A stretch of 64,000 nt of DNA from Soonwooa sp. (GTDB lineage: Bacteria; Bacteroidota; Bacteroidia; Flavobacteriales; Weeksellaceae), in the NCBI RefSeq assembly GCF_030151385.1, contig NZ_JASLDS010000045.1, positions 19,945 to 83,944 of the forward strand, in the 5' to 3' direction. Shown here in pieces: positions 50,375 through 60,502 of this stretch; within the stretch, counting starts at the first letter, position 1, and every line of letters starts with the position of its first letter. Both the position numbers and the translations under genes were made by a program. A model generated the notes under the pieces. The model was not told the origin of the DNA and searched no databases. It saw only the letters and a list, made by a program, of their open reading frames with translations.

Positions 50375-51050
50375 TGAATTGTTGGCAATAAGTTATCTGA
50401 AACTTTTGTGCGAACAAATTGAAGGCGTCGAAGTTGTAAAGGCTTTTAACAGACCCGATATTTTCTTACAAGAAATCAATAATATCGATTGCGATTTGTG
50501 TATTTTGGATATCGAAATGCCCAACATCAATGGTTTGCAAGTGGCTGCGCAAATTCCTGACAAACAAATTATCTTCACAACTGCTTATAAAGATTATGCA
50601 GCAGATGCGTTCGACCTTAATGTTGTGGATTATGTTCGAAAGCCGCTAAAAAAAGAACGTTTGGAACAAGCTTTTGAAAAGGTAAAAGTCGTCCAAAAAC
50701 CAATTAAAAAATCTTTTTTTGAATGGAATACTGGCATCGGAAAAACCCAAATTGACATAAAATCATTGTTATATATCCACACTTCGGACATCGACAGTCG
50801 TGACAAAACGGCTTTGCTTGACGACTATTCAGAAATTACGCTGAAGAATATTAATTTCAAAACCTTACTAAGTTTGTTGCCCGAGCAAGAATTTGTTCAG
50901 ATAAATAAAAAAGAAGTTTTAGCAATTTCAGTGGTCAAAGCTTTTTCGGATAATGAAATTGTCACCAACATTCACAAAGATGGAGAACCAATTCTGAAAC
51001 TCGCTTTAACAGAAGCTTTCCGAGAAAACTTTAACAAAACATTGTCCTAA
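50340..51050 (+). CDS. LytTR-family response regulator
   Basis: ILDDE, LDIEMP, TTAY, VRKP. Confidence 0.9.
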   Translation: MTNTIKCVILDDELLAISYLKLLCEQIEGVEVVKAFNRPDIFLQEINNIDCDLCILDIEMPNINGLQVAAQIPDKQIIFTTAYKDYAADAFDLNVVDYVRKPLKKERLEQAFEKVKVVQKPIKKSFFEWNTGIGKTQIDIKSLLYIHTSDIDSRDKTALLDDYSEITLKNINFKTLLSLLPEQEFVQINKKEVLAISVVKAFSDNEIVTNIHKDGEPILKLALTEAFRENFNKTLS

Positions 51051-51208
51051 GGCTTGATTAAATTTTCGAAGCAAAACATTACAGAAAAGCTCACAATTTT
51101 GCAGTAAAATTTCATTACATAAATCGTGGGTTTCATTTCATTTTTGCGATTGACTATCGGATTTGTATTATTTTCTTTAGAATTTTACCACAGCAAAATG
51201 TTTAGGTT

Positions 51209-53488
51209 ATGAAGAAGTACAGAAATCTTATATTTTATGTTGTAACAATTGTTTTCTTTTCCATTCTTATGTATTGGTTTTTCACGGAAGGAAAAACTTT
51301 GGAAAGCGCCAATCACAGCATTAATAATGCATCGGGCAAATCGATGTGGGAAAACTTCAGCGAATCTTTTTTAGAAAATCTACATCATCCTTTAGCTTTA
51401 TTACTTTTACAAATCGTTGCCATATTGCTGACTGCGAGGCTTTTTGGATGGATTTGTGTTAAAATCCGACAACCCTCTGTCATCGGCGAAATGATTGCTG
51501 GCATTGTGCTCGGACCATCACTTCTAGGGATGTATTTTCCAGACTTTTCTGCGTTTCTATTTCCAAAAGAATCTTTAGGAAACCTACAGTTTTTAAGTCA
51601 AATAGGTCTAATTCTCTTCATGTATATCGTGGGAATGGAATTGGATTTAAGTGTATTAAAAAAGAAAGCGCACGACGCCATTGTTATTAGTCATGCTAGC
51701 ATTATCATTCCATTTGCTTTGGGAATAGGACTTTCTTATTTTATTTATCTACAATTTGCACCAGACAAAATTCCGTTTAGTTCATTCGCGTTATTTATTG
51801 CGATTGCGATGAGTATCACGGCTTTTCCTGTTTTGGCAAGAATTGTCCAAGAACGAAATCTTCAAAAAACAAAACTCGGAACCGTGGTTATCACTTGCGC
51901 TGCAGCAGACGACATCACGGCTTGGTGTATTCTCGCGGCAGTTATTGCGATCGTAAAAGCGGGTTCTTTCGCGAGTTCTATTTATGTCATTTTGATGGCG
52001 ATTGCTTATGTTATTTTGATGATAAAAGTTGTTCGTCCTTTCGTAAAACGCGTCGCAGAACTACAATCGGGAAAAGGCATTATTAGCAAATCGATTGTTG
52101 CCATATTTTTCTTAATCCTCATCATCTCATCATACACAACAGAAGTTATCGGAATCCATGCTTTATTTGGTGCTTTTATGGCAGGAGCAATTATGCCCGA
52201 AAATACAAAGTTCAGAAACATCTTTATTGAAAAAATAGAAGATGTTGCCCTTGTATTGTTGTTGCCTTTATTCTTTGTATTCACTGGTTTGAGAACGCAA
52301 ATAGGTTTGTTAAATGACATCGAATTGTGGAAAACAACAGGACTTATTATTTTGATTGCTGTTATTGGAAAATTTGCTGGAAGTGCGCTTACTGCTCGAT
52401 TTCTAAAGATAAATTGGAAAGATAGTCTCACCATTGGTGCCTTGATGAACACACGAGGTTTGATGGAATTAATTGTTCTCAATATTGGCTACGATTTAGG
52501 TGTTTTGGGACCAGAAATTTTCGCGATGATGGTGATTATGGCTTTGGTGACAACCTTTATGACAGGACCTGCTTTGGACTTGATTAATTTTTTTTTTAAA
52601 AAATCCAAATCATCGATTGAGGAAGAGGACGACGCCAATACCAGCAAATACAAAGTTTTATTATCTTTTGTAAAAGCCGAAACGGGCAGCACTTTGTTAA
52701 AGTTAGCAGATAACTTTACGCACAAAATGAATGAAAACAAATCGATTACAGCCATGAATTTTGGTCCTGTTGACGATTTGCACAACTTCGCTTTAGCAGA
52801 TTATGAGAAGCAACAGTTTGAAGATATTATTCACACTTCGCACCAATTGAAAACCAGTATTACAACAATGTTTAAAGCTTCTAATGACATTGAATCTGAC
52901 ATCATAACCACGACCAAAAAAGGCAATTATGACTTGTTGTTGATTATGTTGGGAAGTTCAATTTTTGAAGGAAGTTTGTTGGGACGATTGTTAGGTTTCA
53001 CGACCAATATTATTAATCCTGAAAAGCTGTACAATACGGTAAAAGGGAAAACCAATATCTTTAACAGTACGCCTTTCGATGACTTCACTTTGAGTATTTT
53101 GGATAAAATAAATATCCCTGTCGGCATCATGCTTGACAAAGGTTTTAAAACTGCTGACAAGGTATTTATCCCGATTTTTGACTTAGGAGATTTCTACTTG
53201 TTAGAATATGCAAAACGGTTGATTAATAATAACGATGCGCAAATAATTATTCTGGATGCAGCTGGACAAATTCGTAAGAATGTTGAAATCCGCGAACTTA
53301 TCCGAAACATCGAACAAATGGCGCCAAACCACATAAGCCTCCGAACAGACAAATCCATTGAAAAAGACTTTTTGGAATCTCAAGACCTTATGATTATCAG
53401 CAACCGAAGTTGGAAAAATCTTGTAGACAGCAAAAGCCTTTGGTTATCAGATGTACCATCAACATTAATCATCTCCAATCCGAAGTAA
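51209..53488 (+). CDS. Cation:proton antiporter (CPA2) with C-terminal soluble domain
   Basis: QPSVIGEMIAGIVLGPS, SITAFPVLARI, AAADD, LMNTRGLMEL. Confidence 0.92.
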   Translation: MKKYRNLIFYVVTIVFFSILMYWFFTEGKTLESANHSINNASGKSMWENFSESFLENLHHPLALLLLQIVAILLTARLFGWICVKIRQPSVIGEMIAGIVLGPSLLGMYFPDFSAFLFPKESLGNLQFLSQIGLILFMYIVGMELDLSVLKKKAHDAIVISHASIIIPFALGIGLSYFIYLQFAPDKIPFSSFALFIAIAMSITAFPVLARIVQERNLQKTKLGTVVITCAAADDITAWCILAAVIAIVKAGSFASSIYVILMAIAYVILMIKVVRPFVKRVAELQSGKGIISKSIVAIFFLILIISSYTTEVIGIHALFGAFMAGAIMPENTKFRNIFIEKIEDVALVLLLPLFFVFTGLRTQIGLLNDIELWKTTGLIILIAVIGKFAGSALTARFLKINWKDSLTIGALMNTRGLMELIVLNIGYDLGVLGPEIFAMMVIMALVTTFMTGPALDLINFFFKKSKSSIEEEDDANTSKYKVLLSFVKAETGSTLLKLADNFTHKMNENKSITAMNFGPVDDLHNFALADYEKQQFEDIIHTSHQLKTSITTMFKASNDIESDIITTTKKGNYDLLLIMLGSSIFEGSLLGRLLGFTTNIINPEKLYNTVKGKTNIFNSTPFDDFTLSILDKINIPVGIMLDKGFKTADKVFIPIFDLGDFYLLEYAKRLINNNDAQIIILDAAGQIRKNVEIRELIRNIEQMAPNHISLRTDKSIEKDFLESQDLMIISNRSWKNLVDSKSLWLSDVPSTLIISNPK

Positions 53489-53603
53489 GTTTAACATTAA
53501 GATTCATTAATTATTCAAAAAATAAAAGCACTGCGAAAAAAAGCGCAATAGCTCTTTGTAACAAAAAACATTTTTGCTAGTCTAATTGCATAGACAAGCA
53601 TTT

Positions 53604-55799
53604 ATGAACAAGAAAATTATTTTAGCGGCGAGTTTATTTTTAAGCATTCAAGTGGCATTTGCACAAGAGACTAAAAAAGATAACTCAAAGGAAAAACAAA
53701 TTGAAGAGGTTACCATAACCAAAACTAAAAAAGCTGTTGAGCAAAAAGCCGACAGAACTATTTTTGACTTTTCGGAGCAAGCGAGCCTTAACTCAGGGTC
53801 CTCTTTGGAAGGTATCAAAAAACTTCCAGGCATGGTGGTTACTGACATCGCAGGAATGATGTATCAGGGAAAACCACTTCAAGTCTATATGGATGGACGA
53901 CCGCTTAACATTTCGACCAACGATTTGACGGCATTCCTAGAAGGTATGCCTGCATCGGCGATTGAGCGTGTGGAAGTGGTGACGCAACCTGGCGCAGAAT
54001 TCCCTGCAACTTCGGGTGGTGCCATTCTAAATATTATCACTTCAAAATCTGCTAAAAACTATTTGACAGCGACTTACTCTGGCGGATATCGATTTTCGGA
54101 TTATGATAAATTCAGAAATAGATTTAATAATAGCATCGTTTTAAATTCTAGAAATAAAGTTTTTGGATGGCAATTTAGTGCTGGTCAAACTTATGCCGAA
54201 ACATTCTCTAGCAACCAAATGGATGACATTTCTAGAGCTTTTGGTGATAAATATGCAAGAGGTTATTTTGCAAAAGGCGCTTTAACTTTCGATATTGGAC
54301 AAGATCGATTGTTGTTAAATTACGATTATTACAACTCTAATAACGATGCTTACAACAATTCTAATGGTACGGCTTTGTTCGAATCTCCAATTGAATCAGG
54401 AAATCAAGTTGTGGCAAATTATCTAAACCTTGGTAAAAGCAAAACAAAAAGTGATCGAAACGAGATTACAGCAACTTACCAAAAGCGATTTGCAGACAAA
54501 AACCAAAAGTTAGACATCAAAGCAAATTACTCAAACTTTAAATCAACTTTTGACCAAGTTGGCACCAATGATGTTTTTGCACCAGCAGGAACAGAGCATT
54601 TTAGCGCTAATATGGACAATGCTTCTAATCAGAATTATTACAATCTTCGCGTCGATTATTCGCAACCGATAAAATTATTGGATGAGGGCAAAATTAGTTT
54701 TGGAGGTTTATACGAAAAGACAGATTTCACGACAGATTTCTTAGGGATCAGAAACTTAGATTATCAAAGACAAACAGCTTCGACTTATGCCGAATTAAAT
54801 ACAAAGATTCAGAAGTTTAGTTTTATTGCAGGTCTTAGAGCCGAAGATTACGACATTTCTGGTAAATCTTTAAACTTAAGAAAAAACCAATGGGATGATT
54901 TGACGGCTTTCAAAAAGTTTGAGTTGTTCCCAAATGCGAGTTTACAATATGATTTTGCGAAAAGCTTGTATTTTAACTTAAACTACAACCGAAAAATTAG
55001 CTTGCCATCGACAGGTCAATTGAACCCGAACAACACAACGTTCCAAAATCCAAACGTTAGCATTTCTGGTAACCCAAATGTGCAACCGACGATTTACAAC
55101 AACTTCGAGGCAAAAATTAGCGCTTTCGATTATGCCTTTATCAGCTATGATGTGAGCACCGTGAAAGACCAAGTGATGATGCATGTGGAACGCGATGGCT
55201 ACAACATTTCGCAGACCAATGTCAACATCCACAGTTTGACACAACACAGCTTCAACATTGGACTTCCTGTGCCGTTTATGATTTTTAGCAAACCGCTTAG
55301 CGAGATCATGAAGTTTAATTTTAATCCTGACAAAATCAATTTCTTGTATTTCTATGCAGGTTACCAATTCCAAGATATTAAAGAAGTGGTTGACAGAAAA
55401 GGTATGTGGTTCTTTAATGTAGCTGGACAATTTATTCTTCCTTATGATATTAAATTCGCTCCAAATTTCTCGTATTCAACAAAAGGGAATTATTATTTCT
55501 TCCAGTCGACACAACCAATTATGAATCGTGTTGACCTTAATTTCAGCAAGAAATTTAATAAAGATAGAATTACGTTAAGCTTATTTGCGAATGATATTTT
55601 TAACAGCTCGAGAATGAGTTTCAAAACAGTTAATACTGCAACACCAATCTATTTGCAAAACCGTTGGGACAGCAGAAACTTTGGTTTCTCCATCAACTAT
55701 AAAATCCCAACTAAAAATAAGTTAGCAAAAGTTGACCAAAATCTATTGAATCAAGATGCGCCAAAAGAAGATAATGGCGGCTTGATGAACCAAAAGTAG
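53604..55799 (+). CDS. TonB-dependent-like outer membrane beta-barrel protein
   Basis: VEQKADRTIFD, TQPGAEF, GNPNVQP; start placed at MNKK. Confidence 0.85.
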   Translation: MNKKIILAASLFLSIQVAFAQETKKDNSKEKQIEEVTITKTKKAVEQKADRTIFDFSEQASLNSGSSLEGIKKLPGMVVTDIAGMMYQGKPLQVYMDGRPLNISTNDLTAFLEGMPASAIERVEVVTQPGAEFPATSGGAILNIITSKSAKNYLTATYSGGYRFSDYDKFRNRFNNSIVLNSRNKVFGWQFSAGQTYAETFSSNQMDDISRAFGDKYARGYFAKGALTFDIGQDRLLLNYDYYNSNNDAYNNSNGTALFESPIESGNQVVANYLNLGKSKTKSDRNEITATYQKRFADKNQKLDIKANYSNFKSTFDQVGTNDVFAPAGTEHFSANMDNASNQNYYNLRVDYSQPIKLLDEGKISFGGLYEKTDFTTDFLGIRNLDYQRQTASTYAELNTKIQKFSFIAGLRAEDYDISGKSLNLRKNQWDDLTAFKKFELFPNASLQYDFAKSLYFNLNYNRKISLPSTGQLNPNNTTFQNPNVSISGNPNVQPTIYNNFEAKISAFDYAFISYDVSTVKDQVMMHVERDGYNISQTNVNIHSLTQHSFNIGLPVPFMIFSKPLSEIMKFNFNPDKINFLYFYAGYQFQDIKEVVDRKGMWFFNVAGQFILPYDIKFAPNFSYSTKGNYYFFQSTQPIMNRVDLNFSKKFNKDRITLSLFANDIFNSSRMSFKTVNTATPIYLQNRWDSRNFGFSINYKIPTKNKLAKVDQNLLNQDAPKEDNGGLMNQK

Positions 55800-55827
55800 A
55801 CACTCAATCACACATTTATATTACTAG

Positions 55828-55857
55828 AAAAGGCATCTGAAATTCGGATGCCTTTTT
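55828..55857 (+). terminator. Intrinsic terminator
   Basis: aaaaggcatctga/tcggatgcctttt. Confidence 0.8.
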
Positions 55858-56000
55858 GTTTTGGATAATTTTCTTTGAATAATATCAGTAGAAATTATTA
55901 TAAAATCTTAGGTTGAAGAATTTATACTATATGTTGCTAGTAAAGTCCCGTTTAATCGAATTTTTTATTGTCCGCTTAATTACCTAAATAAGATAGATAA

Positions 56001-56070
56001 TGTCATTCAGAGCGAAGCGAAGAATCTCAAGTATTTGATCACCAGAGATTCCTCCTCCGTCGGAATGACA
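56001..56070. repeat. Repeat family C, copy 3 (empty form)
   Basis: tgtcattcagagcgaagcgaagaatctc...gagattcctcctccgtcggaatgaca. Confidence 0.85.
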
Positions 56071-56098
56071 AGCTTTGTTTTAAAAAATGACTAAGGCA

Positions 56099-56530
56099 CT
56101 ACTTAGGATTATCAATATCGAATTTGTACACTTTATTATTTTGCAAAATTTGAAGTTCAGCTTTTTGACCTGTAGATTTAATGTTTTAAATTATTTCATC
56201 TGCAATTCTTTTTGCTTTTTGAAATTCCATTTCTTCATTAAATGTCATTTGAATCCCAACCTCCTCAAATGAATAACTATATTCATCACTTCCAACTTGA
56301 AAATATGGCCAGCCATTTCGCAATACTTTTTTTGTATCAATAGTATTTGGACTTAAAATTTTTTCCCAACTTTCAGAATCCAACTTAATTTCACCACAAA
56401 TTAAGAATTCAAATTCTCCATTTTTAAAATCAGTTTTTGATTCTAAGTTTAATAGATTTTCTTCAGTATTTTCTTTTTGAAAATCTGATTCCTTCTTTTT
56501 ATTTTTCTTCCAAAAATTAAATATACTCAT
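56099..56530 (-). pseudogene. Hypothetical protein with probable premature stop at 56186-56188
   Basis: MSIFNFWKK...ADEII* continues in frame as NIKSTGQKAELQILQNNKVYKFDIDNPK*. Confidence 0.55.
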
Positions 56531-56568
56531 ATCTTCAAGCAAAACTTTTAATCGAAAAATAATACAGA

Positions 56569-56862
56569 TTAATTAAGCTTTAACATCCAATTTAGATTTA
56601 GAGAACCACATTTTGGGCAGTTCGCATATTCACTTTCCAAATTATTAAAATCACATCGTTTACACTTATCATGCACTTCATTAATATGTGACACAATAAA
56701 TTTGGCAACAGTTAAACTTAATTTAAAATCAGTATTTAAAAACCTTACAGCAGTAATTGGTGAATCGTTTACAAGACGCGTTATTTTTTGTTTTTCATTA
56801 ATTGTAAAATTCGGAATTTCTACGCCTTCTATTGGTAAACATTTTGGACATTTAATTCTCAT
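56569..56862 (-). CDS. Small protein with three CxxC motifs
   Basis: CPKC, CKRC, CPKC. Confidence 0.75.
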   Translation of the reverse strand: MRIKCPKCLPIEGVEIPNFTINEKQKITRLVNDSPITAVRFLNTDFKLSLTVAKFIVSHINEVHDKCKRCDFNNLESEYANCPKCGSLNLNWMLKLN

Positions 56863-56927
56863 GATTTCTTTTTACAATTAATGCTACTATTGGAATTAGA
56901 ATTTGGTTGTAGTTAAACAATAGCTTT

Positions 56928-57728
56928 TTATTTATTCCAAACTTCAAATTTATTATCTACTAAATGAAATAATTTATCAGAAACAACATGGTCTCCACTT
57001 TCATTTATTTCTATAATCGTCTTTTCAATTCGTTCAATACTATCTTTATCTTCACTTCCAGTTACAAATAACAAATCTCTAGCAGGAATTCCTATAATAA
57101 TCTCACCCAATACAGGGAAGTTGTCTTTGTTCCAAATGTCAAGCAAGATTAAACTTGATTCATAATTACCACCAGCAATTAACATGAAAGCATTTTCATC
57201 TCCATTTCTTTCAATACTTTCGATAATTGCGTTTAAGTTGTTAGTTGCTAATTCTAACAAATCGCTTTTATCTATTTGAAGTTTTTCTAAATCCTTGATA
57301 TTTAAATATGATATATTCTCTTCTCTATCTTCAGCATAAAAAATATACAGATCCGAATTATATTTTTCAAAAACATTTATATTGTCATTTTCATTTTTAA
57401 ATAGTTTAAACATTTCATCTAAGAACCTCTTATCTTTAATAATTGGAATTATCCGACTGACATTTATTTCTTCTCTAGGAGAATATAGATTTTCAGCTGC
57501 TTTAACATACCGTTCTAAAATTTCATCTAAATCGTTTGGTTCGGATCTATATTCAGAATATGAATTATCTAAAAAATGGATATATTCTTCATTTTCGTCC
57601 TTAGTTTTTATTTCAAGTGGAGAAATTTTCAAAAGCTTTATTCCTGAGATTTTTTCACTAAGCTTTTTAAAGAAAAAATTAGAAAACTCTATTTCAGAAA
57701 GTAGTTTTCCGTGTTCTAGATTACTCAT
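56928..57728 (-). CDS. DUF1444/YtpQ-like acidic protein
   Basis: GGNYESSLIL, IGIPARDLLFVTG, LELATNNL. Confidence 0.7.
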   Translation of the reverse strand: MSNLEHGKLLSEIEFSNFFFKKLSEKISGIKLLKISPLEIKTKDENEEYIHFLDNSYSEYRSEPNDLDEILERYVKAAENLYSPREEINVSRIIPIIKDKRFLDEMFKLFKNENDNINVFEKYNSDLYIFYAEDREENISYLNIKDLEKLQIDKSDLLELATNNLNAIIESIERNGDENAFMLIAGGNYESSLILLDIWNKDNFPVLGEIIIGIPARDLLFVTGSEDKDSIERIEKTIIEINESGDHVVSDKLFHLVDNKFEVWNK

Positions 57729-57779
57729 AAATTCTATTCTTATATTTTGTCAAACAGTATAATTGACTTAACGAAAACC

Positions 57780-58478
57780 TTACAAAGTCTCACACGCTTG
57801 CCAAACCTTATCATTCTTTGGTAATGGCGCAATGATTTCAATCTCTTCTTTTGTTACAGGATGAACAAAATTCAGCTTTCTAGCATGAAGATTAATGCCG
57901 CCGTCGGGATTTGAGCGTGGCGAACCATATTTGAGATCACCTTTTATTGGAGTACCGTTTTTTGATAATTGTGCTCGGATTTGGTGATGACGACCAGTTT
58001 CTAAATCGATTTCCAACAACAAATAATTGTCCAAAGTCTGAAGTAAATTGTAAGTCAAAATCGCTTCTTTTGCACCATCAGTCGGTTTGGAGAAGACAAT
58101 CGCTTTGTTATTTTTTTCATTCTTTTTAAGATAATTCACCAAACGTTGCGAAGTTGGAATCATCTCTTTTGCCACCAAAGCCCAATAGGTCTTTTTCACT
58201 TCCCGATTAGCAACCATCTGCGTTAAACGAGAAAGCGCTTTGGAAGTTTTAGCATAAATAACCAAACCAGAAGTTGGTCTATCGATACGATGCACCAAAC
58301 CCAGAAATACATTTCCGGGCTTGTCATCTCTTTTTTTAATAAAATCTTTAATAAGTTCCAGCAACGACGAATCACCAGTTTTGTCACCTTGTACCAGTTG
58401 ACCAACCTTTTTGTTAATCACCATCATGTGATTATCCTCGTAGACGATTTGCGATGCAGAAAAAGTTTGTTCTGACAT
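57780..58478 (-). CDS. RluA-family pseudouridine synthase
   Basis: HRIDRPTSG, LETGRHHQIRAQ, GDLKYG. Confidence 0.95.
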   Translation of the reverse strand: MSEQTFSASQIVYEDNHMMVINKKVGQLVQGDKTGDSSLLELIKDFIKKRDDKPGNVFLGLVHRIDRPTSGLVIYAKTSKALSRLTQMVANREVKKTYWALVAKEMIPTSQRLVNYLKKNEKNNKAIVFSKPTDGAKEAILTYNLLQTLDNYLLLEIDLETGRHHQIRAQLSKNGTPIKGDLKYGSPRSNPDGGINLHARKLNFVHPVTKEEIEIIAPLPKNDKVWQACETL

Positions 58479-58804
58479 TATTGCTCTACGTTTCTATTTC
58501 GTCCAAATAACGACATAATAACACCTGCTATTAGTCCGATGGTTCTGATAGCAGCAAATCTAGAATCTAACGGCAAGAAAACACCAACAATACAAAGTCC
58601 CGCAGCGATGTACATTGGGATTTTAAATTTTGGATTGCCTAAAGTTGGCGCTTGCAAAATAAAACTAGCTCCCACCAAAATATAGAATAGTTTATTATAA
58701 ATAATGCTGTTAATCTCTGGAGAAAATGGTTGGATCCAACCTATTACGAGACAAGCGATGGCAGCAAAAGAGACACCCGCTTGTATTGCCATTGTATTTT
58801 TCAT
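58478..58804 (-). CDS. Small multi-TM membrane protein
   Basis: Four hydrophobic segments; coupled to neighbours. Confidence 0.75.
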   Translation of the reverse strand: MKNTMAIQAGVSFAAIACLVIGWIQPFSPEINSIIYNKLFYILVGASFILQAPTLGNPKFKIPMYIAAGLCIVGVFLPLDSRFAAIRTIGLIAGVIMSLFGRNRNVEQ

Positions 58805-58807
58805 ATT

Positions 58808-59659
58808 TTATTTCTTTTGTTTTAACAACCAAGTCGGAATTGCTTCCACCAAATCTGCGTTAAGAATATTGTTGTGGTATTTATCTTTATATTCCCAAAG
58901 GAAAACTTTTCCTTGGTTTTTCATTTCGTCAAAAAAACGAAAATTACTTTGTGGTAAAGCATCCGTATCCAAACTTCCGTGTACAATCCAAATCGGAAGC
59001 CTTTTAAGCTCACTCATTTTATCAAATTCCGAAATCCCAGAAACATTAATTGCCGCAGCAAATAAATCTGGTCTTTTGGAAATGGCATTCATCGTCGTTG
59101 CGCCACCCATCGAAAATCCCATCACGTAGATTCTGTCTTTATCGATATTGGGATTATTTTTAATTAAATCATCAACATTTTTTAAAACCAAATCCAGATA
59201 TCCATTAGACTCCGAAGCTTTTACATTTCGAGTTTCATCCAAGTGATAATTTGACGAGCGAACCGAAAACTGAGGCGACAACACAAAAACAGGATACTTA
59301 TCTCTATTTTCTGGCATTAACCACATTTTCGACAAAACACCCATTTGCGAAGTATTGTTAGTCCCCATTGCTCCAAAACCATGAAAAACCAAAATCAAAG
59401 GATATTTTTTATTGGTTTCAATAGTTTTCGGACTTAGAAAACGATAATTTACTTCGATATTATCATTTTTAAATTTTCCTTCTTTAAAATCAGAATAATC
59501 CAAGCTTTTAATCGCTTGAATTTTCTTTAAAACCACCAAAGAATCTGGACTATCTCTAAACTCTGTTTTGGTACCGTATTTCAAATTTTTCGAAACACAA
59601 GACGTCAAAAACAAAGCTACGAAAGCCGCAAATAAAAGCTTAGTAACTTTCTGATGCAT
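58808..59659 (-). CDS. Alpha/beta-hydrolase lipoprotein (peptidase/esterase-like)
   Basis: LTSC lipobox, YPLILVFHG, GFSMGG, VHGSLD. Confidence 0.85.
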   Translation of the reverse strand: MHQKVTKLLFAAFVALFLTSCVSKNLKYGTKTEFRDSPDSLVVLKKIQAIKSLDYSDFKEGKFKNDNIEVNYRFLSPKTIETNKKYPLILVFHGFGAMGTNNTSQMGVLSKMWLMPENRDKYPVFVLSPQFSVRSSNYHLDETRNVKASESNGYLDLVLKNVDDLIKNNPNIDKDRIYVMGFSMGGATTMNAISKRPDLFAAAINVSGISEFDKMSELKRLPIWIVHGSLDTDALPQSNFRFFDEMKNQGKVFLWEYKDKYHNNILNADLVEAIPTWLLKQKK

Positions 59660-60455
59660 TCGGGAAATCTACAGATTTTACATCTTTTACAAACTGAGCA
59701 ACAGCACCAGTAATTTCGGTATGTAAGTCTAAATATCTTCTTAAAAACTTAGGCGAAAAACCTTTGTTCATCCCAACCATATCATGATAAACCAAAACTT
59801 GTCCGTCGCAGTCTGCACCAGCACCAATTCCGATTGTTGGAATTGTAATCGCTTCGGTTACTTTTTTAGCCAAATCAGCAGGAATTTTTTCCAAAACAAC
59901 TGCAAAACATCCTAATTCTTCCAAAAGTTTAGCATCAGAAATCAATTTTTCAGCTTCCGAATCTTCTTTAGCTCTTACTTTATAAGTTCCGAATTGATAA
60001 ATCGACTGCGGTGTCAATCCCAAATGTCCCATCACTGGAATTCCCGCATTTACAATTTTACGGATAGATTCTTCGATTTCTTTTCCACCTTCAATTTTCA
60101 CAGCATGAGCACCACCTTCTTTCATCATTCTTACCGCAGATTCCAAAGCTTTTTCTGGATTACTTTGGTAAGTTCCGAAAGGCAAATCTGCCACGATTAA
60201 AGCTCTATCAATCCCACGAACAACACATTGAGTGTGGTAAATCATTTGATCTAAAGTAATTGGTAAAGTAGTTTCGAATCCCGCCATAACATTCGCCGCC
60301 GAATCGCCAATCAAAACCGCATCAACGCCACCAGCATCCACCATTTTGGCCGTGGTAAAATCGTAAGCAGTAATCATTGAAATTTTATCTTTGTCGAACT
60401 TCATTTTGCGAAGTGTCTCCGTTGTAATTTTTTTTATTTCTGAATGTACAGACAT
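59640..60455 (-). CDS. panB: 3-methyl-2-oxobutanoate hydroxymethyltransferase
   Basis: TAYD, IGDS, ADLPF, VKIEGG, GHLGLTPQ, DGQVLV. Confidence 0.97.
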   Translation of the reverse strand: MSVHSEIKKITTETLRKMKFDKDKISMITAYDFTTAKMVDAGGVDAVLIGDSAANVMAGFETTLPITLDQMIYHTQCVVRGIDRALIVADLPFGTYQSNPEKALESAVRMMKEGGAHAVKIEGGKEIEESIRKIVNAGIPVMGHLGLTPQSIYQFGTYKVRAKEDSEAEKLISDAKLLEELGCFAVVLEKIPADLAKKVTEAITIPTIGIGAGADCDGQVLVYHDMVGMNKGFSPKFLRRYLDLHTEITGAVAQFVKDVKSVDFPNASESY

Positions 60456-60502
60456 GGGCTTAATTTTTAGAATGTATTAAAGAAACAAATGGCTATCTAA
60501 AA

